Virus record (IMG/VR): IMGVR_UViG_3300024186_000001
Coordinates: 1 to 52,221 of that record
DNA: 52,221 nucleotides
Source of the DNA: a virus
Lineage: Duplodnaviria > Caudoviricetes
Reading direction: 5' to 3' (one strand)
A program made the position numbers and the translations under genes. The notes below the pieces were generated by a model. It searched no databases and was not told the DNA's origin. It saw nothing but the letters and a program-made list of their open reading frames with translations. Shown piece after piece: positions 43,964 through 52,221 of this stretch. The number at the start of each line of letters is the position of its first letter. Position 1 is the first letter of the stretch.

Positions 43964-45006
43964 GCTACGTCCACTACGATCAGGTTCGCCAGTTTAGCGG
44001 GGCCAAGGGGCCAGCGCGGTTGGTGTTCTTTGTCATCGCCTCCTACATGGACGACGAGTCGAAGTGCTGGCCGTCTCTGGCGACGATTGCCCGCGACGCC
44101 TTCATGGGTCGCACTCAGACGGTGGAGGCGATTGGCAAACTCGTAGAGTCTGGCGAGGTTCGCTTGCTCCGCTCCAAGGGCGGAAGAAGCGAATCCGGCT
44201 CTGGATGTTCCAACGTCTATCAGCTTACCGGGCAATGGAACGTGCCGGAAATCCGAACCGTTCGGAAACCCGAACCCATCGGAATCCCGAACCGTTCGGA
44301 AACCCGACTGCCTAACGTGCCGGAAAAACCGAAAGAACGTGCCGGAAATCCGGCAACAATCCATCAAGAACCATCAGTTGAACCACCAATACAAACCCCC
44401 TGTATCCCCCTAGCCGAAGAACCACATTCAAAAGCCGCAGTTCCGCCTTTGGAAGAAACCGCTCACGCCGCCTCGCCTGTCCCGTCGCCAGCCGAGTGTC
44501 TTGAAGCGATGAAGGTCGAGTGGCGGGCGAACGGGTTGCACAAGACCGAACGCTCGTCTCAGGGTTGGTCTGGCAACAAGATTGAGAAGCAAGTTGCCGA
44601 GGTCGTGAAGGAGGCCGGTGGGATTCAGCGGTTGCAGATCGCGATTCGGGCCTATGCCCAAAAGCTGAAATCGTCGGATGGGTGGCAGAAGGGCGCGCAG
44701 CAGTTCTCGACGTTCTTTGGTCCGGGCAAGGCGACGTGGAAAGAATACGTTGCTGAGGACGATACGTCTGCCGCACTTGGCACCCACGAGGCCCACGAAC
44801 AGTGGTGCCGGTGGTTTTACTCCATGACACAAGAGCAGCAGGAAGCCTATTGGGAAAGCCTGCCGTCGGCGAACCCGATGCCAGAAAAGAGCGACAAGCC
44901 ACGTTCCGTGTTTCCGCTCGTGAACAAGACTGCGATGAACAAGACGCGCGAGAGGCTTGGGCTCCCGCTTCGAGACTACGATTCTCTGGAGCAAGCTGCC
45001 CAATGA
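43960..45006 (+). CDS. Replication initiator (N-terminal winged HTH, lambda O-like organisation)
   Basis: CWPSLATIA..SNVYQL; internal iterons; upstream of DnaB. Confidence 0.82.
   Translation: MSYVHYDQVRQFSGAKGPARLVFFVIASYMDDESKCWPSLATIARDAFMGRTQTVEAIGKLVESGEVRLLRSKGGRSESGSGCSNVYQLTGQWNVPEIRTVRKPEPIGIPNRSETRLPNVPEKPKERAGNPATIHQEPSVEPPIQTPCIPLAEEPHSKAAVPPLEETAHAASPVPSPAECLEAMKVEWRANGLHKTERSSQGWSGNKIEKQVAEVVKEAGGIQRLQIAIRAYAQKLKSSDGWQKGAQQFSTFFGPGKATWKEYVAEDDTSAALGTHEAHEQWCRWFYSMTQEQQEAYWESLPSANPMPEKSDKPRSVFPLVNKTAMNKTRERLGLPLRDYDSLEQAAQ
44238..44351 (+). repeat. Six 17-bp iterons (probable replication origin)
   Basis: GAACGTGCCGGAAATCC, GAACCGTTCGGAAACCC, GAACCCATCGGAATCCC and GAACCGTTCGGAAACCC in tandem at 44238-44305, plus copies at 44313 and 44335. 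Confidence 0.85.
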
Positions 45007-46445
45007 CAACGAACCCACCGCCGATGCCGCACAATCTGGAGGCCGAGAGGAATGTTCTTGGCGCGGTCCTGTTGGACAACGACCTGCTCGGTGGTCTTGG
45101 CGGGATTCATTTGGAGGCTAAGGATTTTTACGTTGAAGCGCACGGTGAGATTTTTTCCACGATGGAGGAACTTTACAAGGCCGGTTCCTCGATAGACCCG
45201 ATTCTGCTGTGCAACGCTCTGAGGGGTCGCGGGAAATTGGAGGCGTGCGGGGGCCATGCAAACATCGTGGAGTTGGAGGCTGGAACACTGACTGTTGGCG
45301 CGGCGCTGGAACACGGGAAAATCATTAAGGACGCAGCGACGCGGCGCAGATTCATTATCGCTGGTGCCTCGATGGTGAAAGCTGCGTCTGGAGAGCAGGC
45401 TCCGATTGCGCAGTTGTCGCTGCTTGCCTCGGAAGCCGCTGGCCTTGGGCGCTTCGCGCTGAATGGAACGAGTAGTCCGGGGCGTCGCGTTGTTGACGCT
45501 GTTCGTTCAAAGAGCAGGCCGCTCCTGCACCCCTTCCAATTCGACGAACTGAATCGAATCGTGCCGGGAATCATGGTCGGGGATTTCAGCGTCGTCAGTG
45601 GGCCGCCAACCAGCGGCAAGACCTCGCTGTGCGTGAACAGTTCCTTGTTTTGGGGGCGTGGATTCAGGGAGTGGAACGAGACGATGCGACAGGAAGGCGA
45701 AATGAAGCGGTGCGGAATCTTCATTAGCCGGGAGGAAAGCGCCGATTCTATTTCTCAGTCGTTCCTTCAAATCATGGCTGGCGTGTCGAAGATTACGATT
45801 CTCAAGGGCATCGCCACTGACGCCGAACTCGACAGGCTTGATCGCGCCGCAACAGAACTAGATGACCTTCCGCTCATCATCGACGACGCGCCAGACGTGC
45901 AGGGGCAGTTGTCGCTCGAATATCTGCGAATGAGAATCATGGATTGCAGGGCGAAGGGAATGGAGCCGCAGTTCGCCGTGTGGGACAGCAACGAGCGCAT
46001 GGGTCCGGCGAAGCCTCCGGCGAGGGGAATGGAGTATTCCGTGCCGAAAGAACTGGCGCACGGTTGCAAGGAGTTCGCGCGGCAGATGGGCGTTCATCTT
46101 CAAGTGATCGCCCAAGAGGAACATGGCGGGAACGCGATGACGAGCAACAGCGGACGCGACGCGCGCCCCCGTGGTGGGCAGTCATGGTTCGATGCTGCCG
46201 ACTTGTTTCTGCGCGTGAACAATCCGACGTGGAAGGACAAGAGTGCCTTTCAAGGTCAAGTGACTGTTCCAGTGGAAGTTGAAGTGAAGAAGTCTCGAAT
46301 GGGAGGCGGGCATGGAGCCATGACGATCATGGTGAATCAGGCGACGCGAGAGTGGAAGGCGAAGGAGATAGTTGGTGTACCAGATGGCGCGCGTTTTGTG
46401 GGTGGCGGAAAACAATCCGACTGGACGAACGAGAGGGAGCGATGA
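45003..46445 (+). CDS. dnaB: Replicative DnaB-like helicase
   Basis: PHNLEAERNVLGAVL N-domain; SGPPTSGKTS; LIIDD; DAADL; KKSRMG; start placed at ATG 45003. Confidence 0.88.
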   Translation: MTTNPPPMPHNLEAERNVLGAVLLDNDLLGGLGGIHLEAKDFYVEAHGEIFSTMEELYKAGSSIDPILLCNALRGRGKLEACGGHANIVELEAGTLTVGAALEHGKIIKDAATRRRFIIAGASMVKAASGEQAPIAQLSLLASEAAGLGRFALNGTSSPGRRVVDAVRSKSRPLLHPFQFDELNRIVPGIMVGDFSVVSGPPTSGKTSLCVNSSLFWGRGFREWNETMRQEGEMKRCGIFISREESADSISQSFLQIMAGVSKITILKGIATDAELDRLDRAATELDDLPLIIDDAPDVQGQLSLEYLRMRIMDCRAKGMEPQFAVWDSNERMGPAKPPARGMEYSVPKELAHGCKEFARQMGVHLQVIAQEEHGGNAMTSNSGRDARPRGGQSWFDAADLFLRVNNPTWKDKSAFQGQVTVPVEVEVKKSRMGGGHGAMTIMVNQATREWKAKEIVGVPDGARFVGGGKQSDWTNERER

Positions 46446-46774
46446 GCGCAAAAACGCTGGAGCCGTCGGTAAGCGAATCTCTTGCGCACGTTCGCGCGAT
46501 TTTCGAGAGGCAGAGCAAGAACAGGTTGCGCGTGATGTTGGTTTCCAAGAGACACATTGCGGTGCTGCTCGAAGAAGTTGAGCGGTCACAGCGTGCAGCA
46601 TCATCCCCATTCCCCGCAGCGGAGTCGCACGAACAACTCGAACTCAGGAATCACCGGGCTAAGGAGGCCCATGCAAATGCTGACTCAGGAACAGCAGGCG
46701 ACGAATGCGGTCACACAGGAGCATATTCATACCGTGCAGAAGTATATGCTCGCGTGCGTGCAGCAGTTGATTGA
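46442..46774 (+). CDS. Hypothetical protein
   Basis: GAGGGAG RBS, ATGA coupling. Confidence 0.5.
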   Translation: MSAKTLEPSVSESLAHVRAIFERQSKNRLRVMLVSKRHIAVLLEEVERSQRAASSPFPAAESHEQLELRNHRAKEAHANADSGTAGDECGHTGAYSYRAEVYARVRAAVD

Positions 46775-47147
46775 ACGCGCGCACAAGCACGACCGCAGCA
46801 AGCTCGAATCGCCAGAGGTAGAAACCTTTACTGAAATGACGCCGAAGCTCGCGGCCTGCACCTACGGCTCACCAGAGTATCAGGGATTCTTGGCGCAGAT
46901 GAAGCCCGCGCTTGACCATCACTACGGGCACAATCGCCACCACCCCGAACATTTCGCGGAGGGCGTGAACGAAATGAACCTGCTCGACTTGATCGAAATG
47001 TTCTGCGACTGGAAGGCCGCGACGGAGCGCCACAACGACGGCAACATCCGCAAGAGCATCGAGAAGAACGCGGACAGGTTTGGGATGTCTCCGCAGCTTT
47101 GCCAGATTCTCGACAACACAATCGAAGTGCTGGAAGCGGCACGATGA
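46671..47147 (+). CDS. DUF5662-like His-rich HD-type protein
   Basis: AAGGAGG RBS; KHDRSK, HHYGHNRHHPEHF, EMFCDW. Confidence 0.8.
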   Translation: MQMLTQEQQATNAVTQEHIHTVQKYMLACVQQLIERAHKHDRSKLESPEVETFTEMTPKLAACTYGSPEYQGFLAQMKPALDHHYGHNRHHPEHFAEGVNEMNLLDLIEMFCDWKAATERHNDGNIRKSIEKNADRFGMSPQLCQILDNTIEVLEAAR

Positions 47148-47383
47148 GCGCCGACCGCAGCATCGCAGACAAGAAGGACCAGTTGATCGTGGACCCCTCG
47201 GCGCAAGAGCCGGTGAAGCACGGGCGCAGGCTGCTCATCCCGCTCGACGAGGAGGAAGTGCGCGCGCTCGTCTGGTGGCACAACACGGGCGTCAGCCGTA
47301 GATTCGAGCCGGGGCAGTCAGACCGCATTGCTCAGTTGCAGCACCTTCTCTCGACCGCCGCCGCGAAGGAGGAGCAGCCATGA
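47144..47383 (+). CDS. Hypothetical protein
   Basis: ATGA coupling. Confidence 0.55.
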   Translation: MSADRSIADKKDQLIVDPSAQEPVKHGRRLLIPLDEEEVRALVWWHNTGVSRRFEPGQSDRIAQLQHLLSTAAAKEEQP

Positions 47384-47631
47384 ACAGCGCAGACCGGAAG
47401 GACATGGGCGACGCAATCGAGGCGACCATGACGAGCATGAAAGAAACGCTGGCGCTCGACACGGTTCTCGTCATCGTCAGCTATGTTGGCGAGGATGGGC
47501 GTACACACACCCACGCTAATTCGTGGGGGAACGATTACGCTGTCTATGGAACGGCGATTTGGTGGATGCACGACAACGGGCCTGAGCAGCGTCCGGCGAT
47601 TACAGAGGGGGACGATGACGATGGCTCGTAA
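47380..47631 (+). CDS. Hypothetical protein
   Basis: GGAGGAG RBS. Confidence 0.6.
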   Translation: MNSADRKDMGDAIEATMTSMKETLALDTVLVIVSYVGEDGRTHTHANSWGNDYAVYGTAIWWMHDNGPEQRPAITEGDDDDGS

Positions 47632-48202
47632 TCGCAAGCGCGGTTGCAGAGGCCACGGCGGGCGAAAGTATGCGCAGCAACCACCAACTCCAATCAAGGA
47701 GCGCGAAAGCGTGAGCATCAAGTTCGAGGTCCACGGGATTCCGGTCGCTAAAGGTTCGCGTCGTGCGTTCGTCAACAAGGCCACTGGCAAGGCGTTCACC
47801 GCCCCGTCGTCCGACAAGGAGAAGCCGTGGCAGAACACGGTCGCTCAGTGCGCGCTCGTTGCGCGTTCGCAATGCGGACTCATTGAGCCGATGCGCGGCC
47901 CCGTGCGTCTCGCGCTCTCGTTCACCTTCATGCGCCCCAAGTCGCACATGGGCAGCGGCAAGAACTCGAACGTCGTGAAGGCGTCGCATCTGTCGTCGTG
48001 GCACACGGGCAAACCCGATACGGACAAGCTCATTCGCGCAATCCTTGACGCAATGACGGGCATCATCTACGCAGATGACTCGCAGGTTGCCGTGGTCTGT
48101 GCATCGAAGCAGTGGGTCACGGACGGCCCCGGCGTAACCATCGAAGTAGGATCGCCGAGCGAGTGCTGGTCGAACGAGGTTCTTGGAAAGGTGGTGGTCT
48201 GA
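47615..48202 (+). CDS. rusA: RusA-family Holliday junction resolvase
   Basis: GIPVAKGS, KPDTDKLIRAILDAMTG..DDSQV. Confidence 0.9.
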   Translation: MTMARNRKRGCRGHGGRKYAQQPPTPIKERESVSIKFEVHGIPVAKGSRRAFVNKATGKAFTAPSSDKEKPWQNTVAQCALVARSQCGLIEPMRGPVRLALSFTFMRPKSHMGSGKNSNVVKASHLSSWHTGKPDTDKLIRAILDAMTGIIYADDSQVAVVCASKQWVTDGPGVTIEVGSPSECWSNEVLGKVVV

Positions 48203-48432
48203 TGAAAGGCTGGATTCGTGTAACAGCCGGACACCATGACTTTTCGGATGGCGGGTGTGTGTTCATCAAGGAACATCCGGTAAACATCCCCACGGTATTT
48301 ATTGTAAGCGTTAGTGATGCGACAATGGAGAGTGGTGTGGCTTCGTCGATTATGCTTCTATCGCGCTACTCGTGGCTTGTCGCCGAATCCAACGACGAAG
48401 TTTTGCGACTAATCGAGGAGGCAAATCAGTGA
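48202..48432 (+). CDS. Small hypothetical protein (FlbD-like pattern)
   Basis: TGATG coupling; WLVAESNDEVLRLI. Confidence 0.55.
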   Translation: MKGWIRVTAGHHDFSDGGCVFIKEHPVNIPTVFIVSVSDATMESGVASSIMLLSRYSWLVAESNDEVLRLIEEANQ

Positions 48433-48524
48433 AGAGCCCCGACGACGACGCGACGTGGACCCTCACCGGCATCGCCATCATCTTCATCCTCTGCGCGATT
48501 GCGTGGCTGGCGGTGCATCCGTGA
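48429..48524 (+). CDS. 31-aa membrane micropeptide
   Basis: GAGGAGG RBS; GTGA overlaps at both ends; WTLTGIAIIFILCAIAWLAV. Confidence 0.55.
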   Translation: MKSPDDDATWTLTGIAIIFILCAIAWLAVHP

Positions 48525-48895
48525 GCTATGACGTTCTCAGAGCGTGCGAAATAGCCGCGCTCGCCGGACAATACGCCTTCATGGATAAACCGCAGAGCGC
48601 GGTTCACATCGCGGCGTGCCACCTGTTCGACTTGCCAGTGTCGCCGAATCCAAGCACCCAAGCGATCAACAGTCTCGAACTGAGCAGGGCCAAGGAAATC
48701 GCGTTGCTGGCAATCGCCGAAACAAGAGAAAGGTTGAGCCATGAAGCAAAAGAACAATCAGCAGAGCGACGAGGAGATCGAGGAGAAGGACAAGAGCCAG
48801 CAGCTAATGGAGCAGATGCAGAACTCCGCGCGCCGGTTCTTGGACCTGAAAGACCCGGAAGCGATGTACCGGCTTCTGCACCAGTCAACGAGTGA
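48521..48895 (+). CDS. Hypothetical protein
   Basis: GTG 48521 coupled to the upstream stop; overlaps the next gene by 155 nt. Confidence 0.45.
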   Translation: MSYDVLRACEIAALAGQYAFMDKPQSAVHIAACHLFDLPVSPNPSTQAINSLELSRAKEIALLAIAETRERLSHEAKEQSAERRGDRGEGQEPAANGADAELRAPVLGPERPGSDVPASAPVNE

Positions 48896-49325
48896 GTTTA
48901 TCAAGCTGGCGTGCGACGGCGCGAAGCCCGCAGACATCCGGCAGATTCCAACCGTGGTCGCTGAGCATCAGACGCTCATGGACGTTTACTGCAAGGATGT
49001 GACGGCGAAAAGGAAGCTGCGCGACCACCCGGATTTCCCCCGCGTCGTTGTCGAAAAGACTGAGGCGCTGGACCCTGCCATCAAAGAGAAGCGCGAGGAA
49101 ATCGAGCGCAAGAGGCTGGAGATCAAGGCGCTCAACAAGGCGAAGTGGAAGCTCGCGCAAAAGCAGGTGGACAAAGCGAAGGAGAGCAAGAGAGAGGCGA
49201 ATCAAGTCGCATCGGAGAAGCGCAACGGGACCACAGTTGTAGTCGGAGCGCGCGAGCCACGCGCGCCAGAGTTCAACCCCGCGTCGATGGTTGACCAATT
49301 CGACATGGCACCGACAGTCGAATGA
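48741..49325 (+). CDS. Putative terminase small subunit (by position)
   Basis: Helical charged 194-aa protein, ATGA-coupled to the large subunit; no diagnostic motif. Confidence 0.5.
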   Translation: MKQKNNQQSDEEIEEKDKSQQLMEQMQNSARRFLDLKDPEAMYRLLHQSTSEFIKLACDGAKPADIRQIPTVVAEHQTLMDVYCKDVTAKRKLRDHPDFPRVVVEKTEALDPAIKEKREEIERKRLEIKALNKAKWKLAQKQVDKAKESKREANQVASEKRNGTTVVVGAREPRAPEFNPASMVDQFDMAPTVE

Positions 49326-50929
49326 GAGGGTCCATTGAGCGCCTCATCAAGCGCGAGCAGGCCCTCGTTGTTAAGAACGAGGTCGTTGGCGAGGCGTGGC
49401 CGTCTGATTGGGTTTACTATCCCATCAAGACGCCGACGCCTACGCAGGTTCGGTTCGTCGCCGACAAGACCCGCAACTTGGGAATCGGCGGGGCGATGCG
49501 TGGCGGCAAGACGCGCCCGTGCATCTGGAAGCTCTGGCAATACTGCATCGACTATCCCGGCATTCGCATCGCCATCGTCCGATTGGAACTGGACGCGGCG
49601 GAGCGTTTCATCCTTGAGGATATGCGCGTCGATAACTTGATGAAGAAGCCTGTGTACGACATGAAGTGCGAGTATCGAAAGAGCAAGGGCTTCGTCGGGT
49701 TCACGTTCTCCAACGGCTCAATCATCATGGCGATTAGTGGCAAGGAGGCGCACCGCATTCAGGGCGGCACGTTCGATGTCATTCTCCTTGAAGAAGCCCC
49801 GCAACTTGGAATGGCGACGCTGGAAATGGTGTATCGCCAATCGAGCGGCACCGTCCTTGCCAAGATGAAGAACTACCCCAATCAGATTATCTGGAACGGG
49901 AATCAGGAACCGGGCTACTTCAAGGAAGAATACGCGCTACCGTATGAGCGCGGAGAGGACTTGTCAGCCAAGGCGCGGGCGTTCTATCCCGTGAGCGTGA
50001 ACGACAACCCCTCCAACTCCGAGGAATGGAAGCGCGACAACTTCGCCATGCTAAAGGCGAAGCATGGTGAGGAAAACGCGAAGCGCATTATCGATGGTAG
50101 CTGGCGCATCAACTCAAATCGCATTTTCCCGTACATCGTGGACGACATGCGCCTCCCGATTGGGCAGCGCGACATCATCACATGGGAGGAGTTCTCTGAC
50201 GTTTATGGAGGGCTGCGCGAGAACACGGACTTTTGCGTGGGCATGGACCCCGGAATCAGTGTGCCGACAGCGGCGGAGTTGTTCGTTATCGCCGAGAACA
50301 CCATCGTATTCTTCAACGAGTTCTACGAAAAATTGCGCGGACAGGCCAACCCGTTCGGCTACCTTGTCGAGAAGGTTCGGCGCTTGGGGCTGCCATCGCA
50401 GCGCAGGCCCATGTGGATTCCAGACCCAACGATGAATCGCAACAGGGCTCAGGGCGTTCGCATCGACGCAGCCAACCCGTTCAACATCATGCAGAAACTT
50501 GGATGCACGATGTTCCAGCTTGGGAAAAGCGACATTCAGAACGATGTCGAGTTCATGCGAAAGCTGTTGGTCCTGCGCCGCGTTAAGTTTGTGGAGGGCC
50601 GCTGCAAGCAACTTCTCGCGCAAATAGACGATTACGAGACGGGCAGCGGCGAGATTTACGATGGCAAGCAAACCGAAATAGATATGCCGCACCCGAAGTG
50701 CGCTGACCATGCCATCGACGCCGCGAAATACGGTATGAAATACGCCGCCTTGCGTCTGGACCTGAGCGATTGCGAGATTGATGTTGCCGAAGCGCCGAAG
50801 CCCGAAAAGGAAAATCCACTTGATGAATCGAGGCATGAGCGTGATTTCATCGCTCGGCGACAGGCGAAGCTCGACCGTCGATTTAGCCCGACACGGCGCA
50901 TGAAGGGCCTGCCAGCGAGGATTGCATAA
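49322..50929 (+). CDS. terL: Terminase large subunit
   Basis: GGAMRGGKT Walker A, ILLEEA Walker B, VGMDPG nuclease, DHAIDAAKY. Confidence 0.93.
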   Translation: MRGSIERLIKREQALVVKNEVVGEAWPSDWVYYPIKTPTPTQVRFVADKTRNLGIGGAMRGGKTRPCIWKLWQYCIDYPGIRIAIVRLELDAAERFILEDMRVDNLMKKPVYDMKCEYRKSKGFVGFTFSNGSIIMAISGKEAHRIQGGTFDVILLEEAPQLGMATLEMVYRQSSGTVLAKMKNYPNQIIWNGNQEPGYFKEEYALPYERGEDLSAKARAFYPVSVNDNPSNSEEWKRDNFAMLKAKHGEENAKRIIDGSWRINSNRIFPYIVDDMRLPIGQRDIITWEEFSDVYGGLRENTDFCVGMDPGISVPTAAELFVIAENTIVFFNEFYEKLRGQANPFGYLVEKVRRLGLPSQRRPMWIPDPTMNRNRAQGVRIDAANPFNIMQKLGCTMFQLGKSDIQNDVEFMRKLLVLRRVKFVEGRCKQLLAQIDDYETGSGEIYDGKQTEIDMPHPKCADHAIDAAKYGMKYAALRLDLSDCEIDVAEAPKPEKENPLDESRHERDFIARRQAKLDRRFSPTRRMKGLPARIA

Positions 50930-52221
50930 ATGTCCAAGACCGGCTTCGACAAATACCCAACGCTCCCGAATCAGCTTCCATCGACTCTCCGCGATCTTGC
51001 GAGCGAGCCGCCAGAGACGGTCGATTCAGAAATTGAATCAGTGATAGTTGGGTATGTGCTGGCGCGCGATCAGGACGCCAAGGCGCGCAGTCAGGACAGG
51101 CGTTCGATCATTCGGCAAATCTACCGCGCTAGGTTCGCCGAGCATGAGGCCCCCGCTGGCGATGCCAACATCAAGACGTATCAGGTTCCCGTGGTTGGAT
51201 GGAAGGCCAACACGCTTGCCGAGCGCGTGGTCATGGACATCTGCCCCGACCCGCAATCGATGGACTTCTTCTCGTACTCCGCAGACCCAAGCTCCTACAC
51301 CACGCTCGACCCGGAATCGATCTACACCGTAGCACAGTCGATGCTTGGCTTTGAGATTCTGATGCGCGGGATTCTGCGCAAGAACAACACCTATGATGAA
51401 ATGATGTGGGCCGCTCAGGACTACACATTCACGGGCAACTCGGTTGCGGTTCTTGAGTGGAAGCAGACCATCGGTGAGCGCGCGAAGAAGCCCGAGGAGA
51501 TTGTGCAGGAGGTCATGGAGGATTTGAGCGAGGATGACATCTACGGCGATGGCGAGATTGAGCCGCCCGACGAGTCGGTTGTTTACCTCGCCGAGAATGG
51601 ACCGCGCTTGCAGGTCATCGACCAGCGTAATCTATTCCCCTCGTCGTTCCAGTGTGACGGCGGCGTGCCCGAACTGGATTGGGTAACTCTCTATTCGACG
51701 ACAACGTGGCGTCACATTGTTGAGAACCGCGTCCGCATGGACAACGGCCAGAAGTGTGGGTCGTATGAAAACTGGAACGCCCTGCGCCCATCAATGGAGC
51801 GCCCTGTTCCTGAAATCTATTGGGATGACTTCGACTACAGTTACGAGGCGGCGACACCTCGCACCGACGAGCGCTACTGGAATCTTGTTAATCGCCTGCC
51901 TGTCACGACGTACATCGGATGCTGGAATTGGGAGAACCTTCAAGTGGGAGGCGAGTTCCCCGACGCTGGCATGGTGAACGCCCTCCTCAAGAAGTTCGGC
52001 AACAACCCCAAGTCCTGCAAGCGTCGTCGTTGGTGGATTATCGAAGTCGTGGACGGCAGGCTCATTCGCTTCCAGCCCTACCCGTACTTCAACGGCTCAA
52101 GCACGCCGTTCATCCATGCCCGGATGTACCGCCGCAAGAACCGCACGTTTGGCGAGGGCATGTACAAGGCGATGGGTGCGTGCGACGAACTCTGGAACTG
52201 GTTTAATTATCTGGAGGCCAC
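50930..52221 (+). CDS. Portal protein, N-terminal part (continues to 1034)
   Basis: ATG immediately after the terL stop; MSKTGFDKYP...DYTFTGNSVAVLEW...; in frame with 30-1034. Confidence 0.88.
   Translation, partial: MSKTGFDKYPTLPNQLPSTLRDLASEPPETVDSEIESVIVGYVLARDQDAKARSQDRRSIIRQIYRARFAEHEAPAGDANIKTYQVPVVGWKANTLAERVVMDICPDPQSMDFFSYSADPSSYTTLDPESIYTVAQSMLGFEILMRGILRKNNTYDEMMWAAQDYTFTGNSVAVLEWKQTIGERAKKPEEIVQEVMEDLSEDDIYGDGEIEPPDESVVYLAENGPRLQVIDQRNLFPSSFQCDGGVPELDWVTLYSTTTWRHIVENRVRMDNGQKCGSYENWNALRPSMERPVPEIYWDDFDYSYEAATPRTDERYWNLVNRLPVTTYIGCWNWENLQVGGEFPDAGMVNALLKKFGNNPKSCKRRRWWIIEVVDGRLIRFQPYPYFNGSSTPFIHARMYRRKNRTFGEGMYKAMGACDELWNWFNYLEA
52095..52221. repeat. 127-bp direct terminal repeat (copy 2)
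   Basis: Identical to 1-127. Confidence 0.97.

Noticed and set aside
44238-44351. CRISPR or VNTR
   Set aside because: There are no spacers, and the position inside the initiator gene fits iterons
1-52221. Stop-codon reassignment
   Set aside because: Core genes are intact under code 11, all three stops are used, and the tRNA is not a suppressor
45003-52221. Inteins or introns in DnaB, terminase or portal
   Set aside because: Protein lengths are ordinary and no splicing motifs or frame interruptions were seen

Overview
The window is an apparently complete, GC-rich, circularly assembled tailed-phage genome of about 52.09 kb. Bases 1-127 exactly repeat bases 52095-52221, and the portal gene runs across that join. 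The layout is podovirus-like. The + strand late arm (about 48.7 kb through the join to 24.7 kb) carries terminase, portal, a GroES-like co-chaperonin, scaffold, Mu gpT-like major capsid protein, adaptor, fibres, nozzle, four internal/ejection-type proteins and a membrane-protein cluster. The - strand early arm (41.5 to 24.65 kb) has about 35 small genes plus a PD-(D/E)XK nuclease, a Sak4/AAA_24 ATPase, a DUF669-like SSB and a solo TopoVI-A/Toprim-like protein. A + strand middle block holds an HNH, tRNA-Gly(UCC), a CopG-like regulator, an iteron-bearing initiator, DnaB, a DUF5662-like protein and RusA. I found no integrase, DNA polymerase, RNA polymerase or recognisable endolysin. The most unusual features are: (1) a Cys-rich tandem-GroES protein with an inserted DnaJ-type zinc finger in the head module; (2) a structural-module protein with a Sec signal peptide; (3) an apparently split nozzle gene with two paralogous beta-rich domains between its halves; (4) extremely low-complexity, repeat-built ejection proteins; and (5) a divergent control region with two families of triplicated palindromes and a sigma54-like element. 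All family calls come from motif recognition and synteny; no database search was run.
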